64,000 nt of DNA, taken from NCBI RefSeq assembly GCF_963921235.1, contig NW_026948187.1, forward strand, positions 1,426,001 to 1,490,000. The letters are read 5' to 3'. The position numbers and the translations under genes are program-made. The notes beneath the pieces are model-generated. The model saw nothing but the letters and a program-made list of their open reading frames with translations. It was not told the origin of the DNA and ran no database searches. This document shows, piece after piece, positions 37,831 through 51,654 of this stretch; the first letter of the stretch is position 1, and each line of letters starts with the position of its first letter. Source of the stretch: Mobula hypostoma (Eukaryota).

Positions 37831-39639
37831 AGGTATGTCGCATCTGGAATTATTTCCAGTTAGAGGATGATTTCCTCCTGCACAGCTCTGACATATTGGG
37901 AAACCACATTCGAGGCAAGCTACAGCAGGGGTTTGCCATTGCCTTGAGAGCACCAGCTCTTAACCCAGCACAGATAGAGAGCGTGCAAGGATGTTGTGAA
38001 TGCAGTCCAGAATAAAATGGAAAGTAGGGAAAGTTTAGGAAGCTAGAATCAAACAGAGACATGGAGGATTAATATGAAGCCAGAAATGAACTTCAAGAAA
38101 TAAAAGCAAAACTCGAGGAGAACTCGGAAAACCATGACGGCCCATAAAAACTCCTTGGCAATTATGATTAAAGAGAATCTTGAAGCATTCTGTACATACA
38201 TCAGGAACAAGAGGATAACACGGGAGAGGGTGGAACCACTCAAGGACAAAGGGGGAGGGGACCATTTGGTTGGATACAAAAGATATGGCTGAATTTGATA
38301 AAGAGTACTTTACATCAATATTTACCAAAGACAAGGAAGTGGAGCACATGGAGATCAAGGCCTGTTCCCCTGCTGTGTGATCCAGCACTCCGGACATGAC
38401 AAATTAACGATGGTGACACCACACGGCATTGATTTCAAAACCCCTCACCCCTCTCCAACCTGAAATAACCCAGACTGAACCCCTTTGTCACCACTGCGAA
38501 TATCTGTTTCTGTCAGGGTAACATACAGATTGGTCACTTCTGCTAAACAACTGGCAATTGATGAAGTTCCCGTGTTTTCATTAATGTTGCTTCCTTACAG
38601 CAAAACTAACCCTGTCACTGTGTCAGAATCAATGATTAAATCCGACCCCAAACACTGTGATTTCATCCCGGCACATTGTAACTTGAACCATCTCTCTGAG
38701 GGTCTGATGGGGACACAACCCCTGCCCTCTGCACATGTGATCACATCTCCCCTGCTTCTGACATTTCAAATACCCTCAGAATGGTTTTCTGATTCAGTCT
38801 GAAGGTTATGGTACATTCAGCTCATCGTCAGACCTGACAAACCATGTCTTCCCACAGCTGGTTCCACCTGTTGGTGTGTCCTCTTTCCTCCACCTCCAGG
38901 GAAGCTGCATCTCCACACAAACTCCTCACTTGAGACGACTGTCTCTAGCCGTGACACAGGAAATCACATCACTGTCACTCTCCTGATATCATGTGTGACC
39001 TGCTCACCTCCGGGTATCCTCCCTGACTAAGCTTCTTCCTCAGTCACCATCTGTGAGATTATATAAAACAAAAACAATTAAAACGATCTATCAGACAACT
39101 CCTGTACCCTTCCACCCCGAACCATGCTTCGCTGCTTAAAACTCTTCTCCTCAGCCTCTTCCTTTCTCCCTTTCCCCTTACAGACTCCAGATGTGCATAC
39201 AGACCAGAACCCACTGTGTGGACATTTATATCTCACAGAAGACACTGAACAACCCCGTGTCCCTCTTTGATACAGAGGTCACTGACACCCCACCGCCATC
39301 CCAATCTGCACCAACAGCCCATGACGGTGACAGCTCTTCCCAGACTCTGGGGTTTTGTAACAAACACAATGTTAACAGCAAGATTAGACAGTAATTCATA
39401 TGACGAGAGAATTGTTGCTCACTGAACGGATACCCGAGCGTCCGATACAACGGAGCAGATCCTCCTCTGTTTACAACTTTATCTGACCCGGGTCACGGAA
39501 CGTCCGATCATCCCACTTTCTCACAACAGCAACCCCACCCGACTACGGTCCCACAACCTTCCGACCACTCACCCCCTACCCACAGTCCACCCATAACCTC
39601 TACCCACACACAGACAGATCCCCTTCACCCCAAACCCCC

Positions 39640-39990
39640 TCCCAGCCTGGGAACCACAACTAACTGATCCCACAGCCCGGGCTCGGGCGCAAAGCTAAAA
39701 CCGGGGCTGCGGGACGACCGGCAGAACTCGGTCCCGGCCTTTTCCCACTGCAGCAGGCCCCCGATTCACGGACTCCAGGAACAACCCGCTCACTCACCGC
39801 CGCCTGAATGGCAGACACACCGGCCACGGCAACAGCTGCGGTTGGCACCGCGCCTGCGTTTACCAGGAGGTTCGCTGCAGCGCCACCCGTGGCCGGAGGA
39901 CCATGCAGCGCCACCAGTGGCCGGAGGACCATGAAGCGCCACCCGTGGCCGGAGGCGGGAGGGACAACGGAGAGATAAATCACAAACACG
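39640..39990 (-). promoter_or_regulatory. CpG island, probable first exon of ZNF-B
   Basis: CpG-rich; minus-strand donor CG|GTGAGT at 39798/39797; 28-bp tandem repeat 39880-39955 upstream. Confidence 0.5.
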
Positions 39991-40439
39991 TCTGCAGAGC
40001 TAGAAATTCAAAGCAACACAAACAAAATGCTGGCGGAACCCAACAGGCCGGGCAGCATCTATGCACAGTCAACGTTCCCAGTTGAACCCTCCTTCAGGAC
40101 TCAGAAGGAAGGGGGGAAATATCTGAATCAAAACGGAGCGGGTGAGGAAGGGATCTCTATGGTTCACATTGTCAGGGTGTTAAGTTTACCAGGAGACAAA
40201 GACTTCAGGGACGAGAGGTTTTCTGTTGACTAATACACTGTGTGTGGACCCCGCTGGCAATTCTGGTGTTGTGACCCGAATCAAACACCACGCTGCCCAC
40301 TCCACCAACAACACGGCACAGCCGGACACATAACAGGGGACTTTACATCTCACAACACTGGATTCAGTGATGAAACCCGTGATTAATGTTGTTGTCCCAC
40401 TGAAATCATAAGAAACGTCCATTCAGGTGTTTTTAATTA

Positions 40440-40860
40440 CAAGCGCACCCCCCCACCCACCCGCCTGACGTCACACATGGTTCCCCTCGCGCGTACCTGA
40501 CGTCACACAAGCGCTGCTCTGCTCGCGCTGAAACAGTTTAACGGCGGAGCTGCCGACCACGAGACCCCTCCACCCCTCACCTCCGCTGCGCTGTAGTCAT
40601 TGGCCCGAAGCGATGTCAATCACTGTTTCCGCCCAATAGCGGAAGCGGGCCAGCCGAGAGGGCGTTACCCCGCTGACATCTCTTCTCAAAGAGGAACAAA
40701 TCCCAAAGTAAATGTCCGCTTTCTGATTTATTTCCATTTCCCTCCGAGGGAAGTTGGGGCGTTTGTGAAGCGTCTCCTGCGGCCGGAGTCTGATGTATCG
40801 CTGAGAGGTAGGAGGAGACCGCTCGGCCCGTCGGTTTGATGCCGGTTCCCCGGGGAGGGA
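40440..40860. promoter_or_regulatory. CpG-rich promoter-like element
   Basis: Two TGACGTCA (CRE) at ~40466 and ~40498; CCAAT boxes ~40599 (rc) and ~40633; GCGGAAG (ETS); possible + donor GAG|GTAGGA at 40807. Confidence 0.5.
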
Positions 40861-41119
40861 GAGGGGGATTTTATTGAAAGGATGAAGACGGTGAGAGAGG
40901 GGGCGGACAGGATGTTTGTCCCGGTGGGGACAGGAGGGGCTCATCTGTGGAAATGTCTGAGCCCACGGTGGTGGCGATTCACCACATTGGGGGGCAAACA
41001 CCGGCAGACTGTTGCCCTGCAAGCGGGGCCAATGGTCCGGGCACAGTGGGGACAGGAGATGTGTTGGGTGTTGGGGGGGGGGGTGAGGAGAGGATATTTC
41101 GTATGTTTTTTGTATCCAT

Positions 41120-43140
41120 AACAGAGGGCACAGCCTCAAAACTGAGGAGCGACCTTTTAGAGTAGTTAGGGAGAGTTTTATTTAGTCAGAGAGCAGTGAA
41201 TTCTCTGACACAGACGGCAGTGGGGGCCAAGTCTGTGGGTACATTTAAGGCAGAAGCTAATAGTTTGCTGATCAGTCAGGGCATTACAGGATATGCCGAG
41301 GAGGCAGGTGCATGGGGTTGAGTGAGAACCGGGATCAGCCTTGATAGAACGGCGGAGCAGACTCGATGGGGCTGAATGGCCTAATTCTGCTCCTGTGTCT
41401 TATGGTCTTATACTGCTAGTGTCTTACACAGTGAAGATTGACACAAAATACTTATTACATTCGGCTGCTATTTCTTAACTATTACTGACTCTCCAGCATC
41501 ATCTTCCAGTGGTACAATATCAACTCTTGCCACTCTTTCACTCTTTATATCTCTGAATAACTTTTGGTACTTGATATTATTGGCTCACTTACCTTAATTT
41601 TTCATCTTATCTCTCCTGTGTGTTTTTTTTTTAGTTGTCTCCTGTTGGTTATGTAAAACCTTCCCAATCCTCTAGCTTCCCACTACTTTCTTGCTATATT
41701 ATATGACCTCACTCTAGCTTTGATCAAAAACAGGAGAAAATCTGTGGATGCTGGAAATCCAAGCAACACATACACAAAAAGCTGGAGGAACCTAGGAGCT
41801 CAGGCAGCACATATGGGAAATAGTAAACAGTTGATGTTTCGGGCCAAGACCCTTCATTGTGACTGGGGAAAAAAGATGAGACGTCAGATGAAGAAGTGTG
41901 GGGGTGAGAGGGGTGGAAGAAGTGGTAGGTGATAGGTGAAACTGGGAGATGGGGAGTAGTGAATGAAAACACTTCTGAGCATATAATTTCCTTAACAATT
42001 CTCGAAAGATCATTGCTAATGCCTCCACATCTCTTCAGCCACCTCTTTCAGACCTCTGGGGTGTACAGTGACCTATTGACCTTCAGACCATCTCTGTTTC
42101 CCAAGAACCTTCTCCCAGGTAACGTAACTTTACACATTCTGACCACTGACATCTGGGACTTCCATATTCCTGCCAGGGTCTTCGACAGATAAGAGAGATG
42201 TACAATGTATATTCAGTTCATCTACCATCACCTTGCACCCCACCTCATTGCTGCCTCTCCAGCATCATTTTCTAGTGGTTTGATATCCACTTCCACCTCC
42301 CTTTTACACTCTATGTACCTGAAGAAAAATTTGGTATCCTCTTTAACACTACTGGCTAGCTCACCTACGTATTCCATCTTTTCCCTCTTAATTATTTTAG
42401 TTGCATTCTGTTGGTTTTTAAAAGCTTCCCAATCCTCTAACTTCCTAGTAATTTTTGCTCTATGCCCTCTCTTTGGTTTTTAAGTTGTCGTTGATTTCTC
42501 TTATCAGCCAGTTTTGTCACCTTACCTTCAGAATACTACTTCTTCTTTGTGATGTGTCTATCCTCTGCCTTCCGAATTGCTTCCAGAATTGCTATCACTG
42601 CTCTGTTTTCATTCCTGCCCATGTTCTTTTCAAATCAAATTTGACTATTTCTTCTCTCTTGCTCTTAAATTCTCTTTATTCCATATCTGACTTTAGCTAC
42701 TCCTTCTCTAATGTCAGGGTGAATTTGATCAGATTAAGATCACTTGCCCCTAAGGGTTCTTTGAACTTAAAGTGACCTAATTCAGTCCGGTTCATTACAA
42801 CACCCAATCCAGAATAGCTGATCCCCAAGTGGACTCAACCAAGAGCTGTTCTAAAAAAAAGCATCTTGAAGGCATTCCAGGAATTCCTCCTCTTGAGACC
42901 AACACCATCCTAATTTTCCTAATCACTTGCATGACAATCCCCCATGACTATTGTAACATTGTCCTTTTGGCACGCATTTTCTATCTCCCATCGTAATTTG
43001 TGGACCACATACTTACCACTGTTTGGGAGCCTCTATACAATTCCCATCAGGGATTTTTTTTTACATTTGCTGTTCTACCCACAGATTCTACACCTTCCAA
43101 CCCTATGCCATGTCTTTCTAATGATTTTATTTAATATTTT
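41120..43140. mobile_element. CR1 fragments with an inserted Penelope pLTR piece (~41725-41960)
   Basis: CR1 3' tail 41120-41410 (+); minus-strand CR1 pieces; degraded hammerhead-type motif ~41830-41865. Confidence 0.65.
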
Positions 43141-43184
43141 ACCAACAGATCCACACAACCCCACTACCAGCTTGTTCGTGGCTT

Positions 43185-44530
43185 GTTCTTTCAAGAAACA
43201 CATAAGTATCTGGGAAACAAAAGGACCTGCAGATGCTAGAAATCTAGAGAACTACACACAAAGTGCTGGAGGAGCTCAGCATGTCAGGCAGCATCTATGG
43301 ATGGGAATCAATATTTTGGGCCAAGACCCTTCTTTGGGACTCTTGATACCGACATATCTGAAAAATCAACAAGCAAAAACAATAGAAAGTGGTGCAAAAT
43401 TGGAAAAACCTTTGACAAAATTCAGTTCAAGGCTTAAATAAACCTGCCAAACAGAGCTCAATAGTGAACAAATACAACAAAGGCAATAAACACTCTCATC
43501 AATACCGACATTAACTTTTTAATGAAAATATCTTGGTCCCATTTCAATCAGTAAAATTTACAAAGATAAATAAGAACTGAAATGACAAATTTAGAAAAGA
43601 CTATTTACACTGAAATCCACTTAGATTAACACTACCCTGGATAGAAGGAGGAAGAATAACACACATGAAAAAAAATCACACAACAGTCAGAGAAAAGTTC
43701 TAAGTATATATTTTCATCAAAAAATAATAGGATTCAGTGCCCCATGTGCATATGCAATTGTGATAAGAGATACAGACGAAAAAACTTAAATGAGAGGCTA
43801 ACTCAGAAAAATGAATCATCACTATGGAAGAAAACATTAACCAGTGGAATGAGTATGACCCTCCATGGGAGACATCCCAACGATCTGAGCAGACGAGATG
43901 GTGACAAGGAAGCATCGAGCACCTGACTGAGAGTTGGAGACCTCTTCCCAGAAACAGAGGGGTTCCTTGCAGAAATACTGGACAAGGTGGTTAACAAAAA
44001 GAAAAAAAAAACATACAAAACAAACAAACAAGGAAATGCAGAAATTGCCAAGAGAAACCAGACACAATCCAACACATTCCAGGATCCTGCAGCAGGTTAA
44101 CTCAATCTGATTACTTATGCAGGTACAATCAAGTGGCAAATATCATTCACCAAAATCTTGCTTTAAAATACCTACTCATGAATGACCACCATAACTTCAT
44201 TAAGGCACCATAAATTCAAGCCTGATCCAGTTAGGGACAGAATCTCACAATTTATATGATAATCAATACATCATTACTGATAGGATAATCCATAATAACC
44301 ATCCAGATATAGTATGACAGGATAAACAAGCAGGAACAACTCCCTCAATAAATAAAACCATTCTCAACACACATATGTCCTCGACCAGTGGAGCACCTCA
44401 CAACAGGCATTACTTGTGTCAATAGTCAGACAACCGAATTATTTTCTCTGCCAATCAGTTTCCAAACGTTGTTACTCTGTCATTTGTTGCCATGCCCCGC
44501 TGCTGATTCCCTTCTCCTCATCATACGTTC
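43185..44530 (+). repeat. Direct paralog of 31720-33008 (Penelope piece plus R4/Dong remnant)
   Basis: Shared sequence e.g. SGMSMTLHGRHPNDLSR and CAATCCAACACATTCCAGGATCCTGCAGCAG; this copy keeps RVGDLFPETEGFL. Confidence 0.85.
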
Positions 44531-45030
44531 TTACCCCGACCATCGTCCAGAGCCCCAAACTCTGCCCTGTGCAGACCAGCCTCTGGTTTCTGACCCTGTT
44601 TCGTTGAACATCCAACTGATGGTTTCCCATTCTGCTTTCAGTATTTAGAGGACAGTGTTTTTTTTTTTCTAACAACCCTTTACAAGCAGGGAAAATGACC
44701 CATAATGTGGAAATGAGCCCTAAATAAGGAGGTTAACGACCAATGTCATTCTTCCTCAGCCCAGAGATTTGAGGGGCGATGAACATCTCAGACAGAACTG
44801 CAGTCAGCTCGACTTCTTCAGTCTGCAGAATATTCAAGGGAAACCTCTTCACCCACAGAGTGGTGACTGTTTGGAACCCATCACCACAGGGAGAGCGAGA
44901 GATGAACAACAGGGGAGGATTTAAAAGGACCGTCGTGGAACTGAATCACTGGCAAAGTTGATTCTCTACTGTACACTAGTTGTGTTGTAAATTCACTAAG
45001 TACCAGAGACAGAGTTTAAAATAGAACTGA

Positions 45031-45036
45031 TTTATT
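45031..45036 (-). other. Probable poly(A) signal of ZNF-C
   Basis: AATAAA on the minus strand downstream of degenerate 3' fingers (45200-45480). Confidence 0.5.
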
Positions 45037-45480
45037 TATCTCAGATCCAGAATACTAAACTCCAGTCCCATTAAAGGTGAATGTGCAGCAGAAGAAACTT
45101 CTCCCATGTCCAGTGACCAGGGTGCGGAACAGCAATAATTACACAGCTCAGCACCGTCAGACACTCTCGAAATAGCGTTCAGCAATGGTGATGCATAAGT
45201 ATCCAGAATGCAGCTTACTGAAACTCTCTCCCCAGTGTGAACCCCGTAAGGTGTCACAAGGTTAGATAACTGAGTGAATCACTTCCCACATTCACAACAG
45301 GTGAATAGTTTCTCCCCTGTGGGAACTCAATGATGCTTGATTTGGCTGAGAGAATTTCTTCCTTAACTCTTAGTAGGGGATCGGACCAGTATGAACTCGC
45401 TGGTGTCTCAGTAGTTGAGATAACCGAGTGAATCCCTTCCAACAGTCTGAACAGGTGAACGGCCTCTCCTCAGTGTGAAC

Positions 45481-46755
45481 TCACTGGGGTACCAGTAGGT
45501 AGTATGACCGAGTGAATCCATTCCCACAAACTAAGCAGGTGAATGCCCACTCCCCGGTGTGAAGTGACTGGTGTCTGAGTCGCTGAGATGACAAGGTGAA
45601 TCCCTTCCCACAGTCTGAGCAGGTGAACAGCCTCTCTCCGGTGTGAACTCGCTGATGTACCTTCAGTTTAGATGAGCAAGTGAATCCCTTCCCACAGAAT
45701 GAGCAGGTGAATGGCCTCTCCCCAGTGTGAAGTCGCTGGTGAGCCTTTAGGGTGGATGACTGAGTGAATCCCTTCCCGCAGTCTGAGCAGGTGAATGGCC
45801 TCTCTCCAGTGTGAACTCGCTGATGTTCCTTCAGTTTAGATGAGCAAGTGAATCCCTTCCCACAGTCTGAGCAGGTGAACGGCCGCTCTCCAGTGTGAAC
45901 TCGCTGATGGTCCTTCAGATTAGATGACCAAGTGAATCCCTTCCCACAGTCTTTGCAAGTGAATGGCCTCTCTGCAGTGTGAACTCGCTGATGTACCTTC
46001 AGTTTATATGAGCAAGTGAATCCCTTCCCACATTCTGAGCAGTTGAAATCCCTCTCTGCAGTGTGAACTCGCTGATGTACCTTCAGTTTATATGAGCAAG
46101 GGAACCCTTTCCCACATTCTGAGCAGGTGAAATCCCTCTTTTCAGTGTGAACTGACTGATGTGCTTGTAGGTGGGATGACTGAGTGAATCCCTTCCCACA
46201 GTCTGAGCAGGTGAACGGCCTCTCTCCAGTGTGAACTCGCTGATGTTCTTTCAGTTTAGATGAGCAAGTGAATCCTTTCCCACAGACTAAGCAGGTGAAT
46301 GACCTCTCTCCAGTGTGAACTCGCTGATGTACCTTCAGTTGAGATGAGAAGGTGAATCCCTTCCCACAGTCTGAGCAGGTGAATGGCCACTCCCCGGTGT
46401 GATCTGACTGGTGTCCCAATAGGGAGGATGATTCAGTGAAACCCTTCCCACAGATTAAGCAGGTGAACGGCCGCTCCCCTGTGTGAATTGACTGGTGTCT
46501 CTTTAAGGAGGATGATTCAGTGAATCCCTTCCCACAGACTGAGCAGGTGAATGGCCTCTCTCCAGTGTGAACTCGCTGGTGAGCCATTAGGGTGGATGAC
46601 TGAGTGAATCCCTTCCCACAGTCTGAGCAGGTGAATGGCCTCTCTCCAGTGTGAATTCGCTGATGTACCTTCAGTTGGGATGACCAAGTGAATCCCTTCC
46701 CACAGTCTGAGCAGGTGAACGGCCTCTCTCCAGTGTGAACTCGCTGGTGAGCCAT
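45481..46755 (-). CDS. C2H2 zinc-finger protein ZNF-C, 14 intact fingers plus 1 truncated
   Basis: 424-aa ORF; acceptor at 47168; in-frame upstream TGA 46792-46794. Confidence 0.92.
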   Translation of the reverse strand: MAHQRVHTGERPFTCSDCGKGFTWSSQLKVHQRIHTGERPFTCSDCGKGFTQSSTLMAHQRVHTGERPFTCSVCGKGFTESSSLKRHQSIHTGERPFTCLICGKGFTESSSLLGHQSDHTGEWPFTCSDCGKGFTFSSQLKVHQRVHTGERSFTCLVCGKGFTCSSKLKEHQRVHTGERPFTCSDCGKGFTQSSHLQAHQSVHTEKRDFTCSECGKGFPCSYKLKVHQRVHTAERDFNCSECGKGFTCSYKLKVHQRVHTAERPFTCKDCGKGFTWSSNLKDHQRVHTGERPFTCSDCGKGFTCSSKLKEHQRVHTGERPFTCSDCGKGFTQSSTLKAHQRLHTGERPFTCSFCGKGFTCSSKLKVHQRVHTGERLFTCSDCGKGFTLSSQRLRHQSLHTGEWAFTCLVCGNGFTRSYYLLVPQ

Positions 46756-49700
46756 TAGGTCAGATGACTGAATGAATCCTTCCCCACAAATTCAGCAGAT
46801 GACCAGACTCTGCCCAGTGTGAACTGACTGGTGTGTCCATAGGTGGGAAGACCGACTGAATCCCTTCTCACACACAGAACAGGTGAATGGCCTTGTCCCA
46901 GTGTGAACTTGCTGATGCACCTTCAGTTGAAATGACCGACTGAATCCATTCCCACTGTCTAATCAGATGAATGGGTCCCCCCCCCCCCCGTGTAAAATGA
47001 CAGGCATGCCAGTCGTTCAGATGATCGAGTGAATCCCTCCCCACAGTCTGAGCAGGAAGGATGATCGAGTGAATCCCTTGTTCCACTTCTTAATTATTTG
47101 GACAGAGACAGCAAAACTAGCGTGTTGTGTTCGAGATTCCCGTAGACAAATTCCTTGTCATTTTTAACCTGTAAAAAGATTTACAAAATCCATCAATGGG
47201 TGAAGGACAGTATTTCAGATGAGATCACTTGAGTTGACCAGGAATGATCTGACAACACACTGTTACAGAGAGGTTCAACCCAAGCTGGGGAGAGAAATCA
47301 CCTTCTAACTGGGCACAGCGCTGGTATCTGGAATGACCATCAAATTCTCTGATGCTTTTCCTGTCTCTAAAAGAATGGGGCATTTCTACTGTCTCCAATC
47401 TATGACCTGGCTGAGTTTGACTCTCTCCATTGGTATTATTCCTTGTTCCCACTGAGCTGCATGGGTTCCTGGCCCCACAGTAACTGAAACACTCTCACAC
47501 AAATAGCTGGCAGTGCATTCCACGCACCACCACTCTCTGTGTAAAAAAACTTTCTCTTGACATCCCCCTCGGTATCTGTTTCCAAGCACCTTAAAACTAT
47601 GCCCCTCATGCTAGCCATTTCCGCCCTGGGAAAAAACCTCTGGCTGTCTGCACGATAAATGCCCCTCATCATCTTATCCATCTAAAAAAGGCTCTAAACA
47701 TAAACAAGGAAATTATACATTGAAGATTTGTTAGTATACAAAATTTTGAGGGTATAGATAGGGTAAATGCAAGCAGCTTTTTCCACTGAGGTTGGGTGGG
47801 ATGACAACCGGAGGTCATGGGTATGTGGGAGAGGTGAAAATTTAACAGGAACATGTGGAAAAGCTCTTTACTGAAATGGTCATGAGAATGTGGAATGAGA
47901 TGCCAGCACAAGTGGTGAATATGAGCTCAGTGTCACCATTTAAAAGAAGTTTGGATAGGTACCTGGATGGTAGGGGTATGGAGGGCGATGGTCCCGGTGC
48001 AGGTAGTTGCATTAGACAGCTTAAATGTTTTTTCAGCATTGACTAGATGGGTCAAATAGCCTGTTTCTGTACTGAACTTCTCCATGTTTCTATGACAGAG
48101 AAGCTGGCCAGACTTGTTTGGAAGGGAAAAGGTGGGAGTGACAATGGAGCAGCAATGGCTGGAGTTTGTGGGACCAATTCGGGAGCTGAGTGATAGACAC
48201 ATCGATACAAAGAAGTGGAAGCAGTGGAAAGGCAGGACACAACCGTGGCTGAAATGAGAATTCAAAGCCAATATGAAAGCCAAAGAGAGGGTAAATAATG
48301 ACCAAAACCTATTGGGACGCTTTTAGAAACCAACAGAAGACAACTAAAAAAAAGTCAGATGAGCTCAGTGCATGGACTCATGATATTGTAGTCATTAATG
48401 AGTCTTGGTAGCACCCATTAGAGGAACAAAATATCTGGGGCCTCAATATCTCCTGAAAACCCAGGTTCCCTGCACCAGTTACCTTTTACCTTTTATTTTG
48501 GCAGGCTCATACAAACTGGACACCCTCAAAATTTCATTTCTGAAGGCCACCCACTTACCAAGTACTCCTTTGGCAGAAAACAGCCTGTCCCAAACCACAC
48601 TTGTCAGATCCTTTCTGATACCACCAAAATTGACCTTTCTCCAACTTAGAATCTCAACCCGTTGTCCAGACCTTTCTTTTTCCATATTTACTTGGAACCT
48701 CATGACATTATGATCATTAGACACAAAGTGTTCCCATACACCAATTTCTGTCACTAGCCCTGGATCATTTCCTGATAGGTTATTGCACACTTCTACGTCA
48801 GGAATTCTATGTACTGATTAAGGGCATATTTGACAAACTCTACCCCATCTAGTCCTTTTACAGTCTGGGGGTCCCAGTCAATATATGGAAAGTTGAAATC
48901 ACTTCCTAAATCAACCCTTGTTTCTTGGCCTAGTCTGCAATCCCTCTACAAATTTGTTCCTCTTAATCCCTCAGACTGTTGGGTACAACCAAGTCCCAGT
49001 AATGGATACAATTTCATAATTCCCTGTCCTGAGCTTATTTGGCTTTCCTATGATGCTTCCTGCATTGTGATATACACAGTTCAGGACAGTCGTCACACCA
49101 TTTGATTGCTGACTTTGTCTGAGGTCTGAACAACATCTGTGTGGTGTCAATAAAACAACCTCTCTGGGATAGCGTCCTCCACCAGTACATCAGGCTGACT
49201 AATTCAATGCTGAAACGATTGTATTTCTGTGTTATATTGACTGTCCTGTTGTATATACGATTTATCATAAATTACTATAAATTGCACATTGCACATTTAG
49301 ATGGATACGTAACATAAAGATTTTTGCTCCTCGTGTATATGAAGGATACAAGTAATAAAGTCAATTGAATTCAACTCACCCTCTCCACTATCTGTTCTGT
49401 CATTCTTGCTCCCATCCCCACTGAAACTTTAGTTTAACCTCTTCCCCCCCCCCCGCCCACTAGCAATAGCCAGCCTCATCCCTAGGATATTAGTCCCCTT
49501 CTAGTTCTGTTGCCCTAACTAATTCCCTGCAACACTTTCTAAAGTGGTCCACCTGTCGTTGTGGGGGATAGCACCAAGAGTACTCTGCGATGGCTATTTA
49601 ACCTCATTCCCCTTAATGACTCTCACTCAGTTTCCTGTGTCCTGCACCTTGGGTGTAACTCACCTCTCTTCATGTCATACCTATTCCCCCCCCCCCCCCT

Positions 49701-50679
49701 CAACTCCTGGATGATCTGGAACTCATCCATTTCCAGCTTCAGCTCCTTAAAGTGCGGGGTTACAAGCTGCAGCTGGATGCACATCTTGTAGGTGAGGGCA
49801 TCAGCGACACTGGAGGTCTCCCCACCTTCCCACCAATGTCCCCCTTAATTTGTTAAGACCAGTGTGCACATCAATCTTGTACTGTGCATTTTTCACCCAG
49901 TGACAACATGTGCACAGTGAATTTTAAATAGAGAGGTATTCATTTTCACAGCTAGCAAATCACTGTCGAATAAGAACTTTGATCCCCTCTGGGCTTGATC
50001 GAGTTCATCTGCACTCTCACACATCCTATGTAGCAGGCTTGTAACGGGTAATGAAGGATTTTCTCACCAGAGCTTTTGAACAATGTCCCTATGTGGTTTG
50101 CTTGCTAAATTACACTTTGAAAAGTCAGATTTCCAAATATCACTCCACTTCCTCCCACTTGCAAATTTTCCAGCAACTTTTGCATCACCACAATACACAA
50201 AGGTAACACCAGTTTCTATATTGTACATAAATATTTCCCCTGAACCCTCCCCCAGGAGACTAACGGTGGTGAACTCAGTGATGGCAATGCCAATCAATAT
50301 GAACTACTCTGTCTCATTGGAGTCTCACACATTTGTGATGTGAAAACTACTTGTACACCCAGAGTGAATGGGTGAAAACATGTTCTCACGACTAGAAAAG
50401 TCCAGAACAAGAGGAGGTGGAACAAGCAACACACACAAAATGCTTCAGGAGCTCAGCAGGCCAGGCAGCATCTATGGAAAAGCGTACTAATGCTGAGTTC
50501 CTCCAGCAATTTGTGTGTGTTGCTTGGATTTTCAACATCTGCAGACCTTCTCTTGTTTGTGATCGGAGGTAGAACAAAGGTGATTTTCTCAACAGCTGAT
50601 GTGAAAGATTTTGTTCCCTTTCTCCGAGTTCCCAATCCTTGCATTTAGACAGCTGGAGCTCAGCTCTGTCTGAGAGATC

Positions 50680-50960
50680 CATCGGTTCCCATTCCCTCAT
50701 CAGCCGGAAGCTCCCCGGGGCCCGTGTACGGATGGTGGGGCTGAGAGAAAGGGAAGAGATCAGGACTGTCCCGGGATTGGGTCACGGTGGCTGGGTTCAC
50801 AGCAATTGCCCCTCAGTCGGTTTTGAATTTTCTCCCCGGAGATACACTCTTACCTGTGCCGATCACCCCGACTCCTTTTGTTTACTGCGCGCATGCGCGA
50901 TATTCGGGAACATCCACAGCCCTGACGCCTGCGCATTCGATCTGCGCTTCAGCGAGCTTT
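50680..50960 (-). promoter_or_regulatory. Probable promoter and first exon of ZNF-C
   Basis: NRF1-like TGCGCGCATGCGCG 50886-50899; donor CAG|GTAAGA at 50854/50853; paralog of 8570-8880. Confidence 0.55.
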
Positions 50961-51654
50961 CTGGGTAATCACGGTGCCATTAAAAGTTTCTGTAAACACC
51001 GATTGTCCATACTTAAGTTTTTCTTCTGTAGAAAACTCAGTAGCTCTTTTAACGCAGAAGGCAGCTCCCATAAACAATACACTTCATATCAGCAAACATT
51101 CCGCGTGTCTGATGCCAAAGTAGAACCTTCTTCCAAATGCAGATATAAAACACAAGAGATTCTGCTGTTGCTGGAAATGCAGACACATACACACAAAATG
51201 CTGGAGGAACTCTGCAGTTCAGGCAGCAGCTAAGCAGAGGGGTACACAGTCTAGGCATGCTGAAGGGGCTTGGCCTAATCGTTGTCTATTTATTCCTCTC
51301 CACATTTGCGGCCTGATCTGTTGATTTCCTCCAGTATTTTGTAGAAATTAACCACCTTTTTTTTCAATTAAACAGTTTCAAAATGTTTCTGATCTTTCAT
51401 TTGTAGCCACCCCCTGCTGGTCTGATTCCTCTTCCTCCTCTTCGTAAATTTTAGGTCCCATCTCTTTCTGGAGCCCCAAAGCCCTGATTCAGGCTGGTAA
51501 CTCTTTGGTTTCTGACTCTACACCATCGAAGGCTCATTTGCTAGTCTGCTGTCAGACTTTAGAAGCGCATTGCAACAACCCAGCTGTCTGAGGCACAGTC
51601 CTTTGAAATGAGTGAAAATGACACAAAACGTTGAAAAAGATCAGGGAAGAAAGG

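Noticed and set aside
38830-39050. Coding exon supplying an N-terminal domain to ZNF-B
   Set aside because: An acceptor-like site exists at 39050 (-), but the ATG frame stops after 7 codons and the conserved TGA at 34249-34251 blocks fusion.
39880-39955. CTCF site array
   Set aside because: The 3' half (GGTGGCGC) fits, but spacing to the CCAC half is one base short of the consensus.
40597-41139. 180-aa minus-strand ORF
   Set aside because: Low-complexity Pro-rich translation of GC-rich DNA with no recognisable domain.
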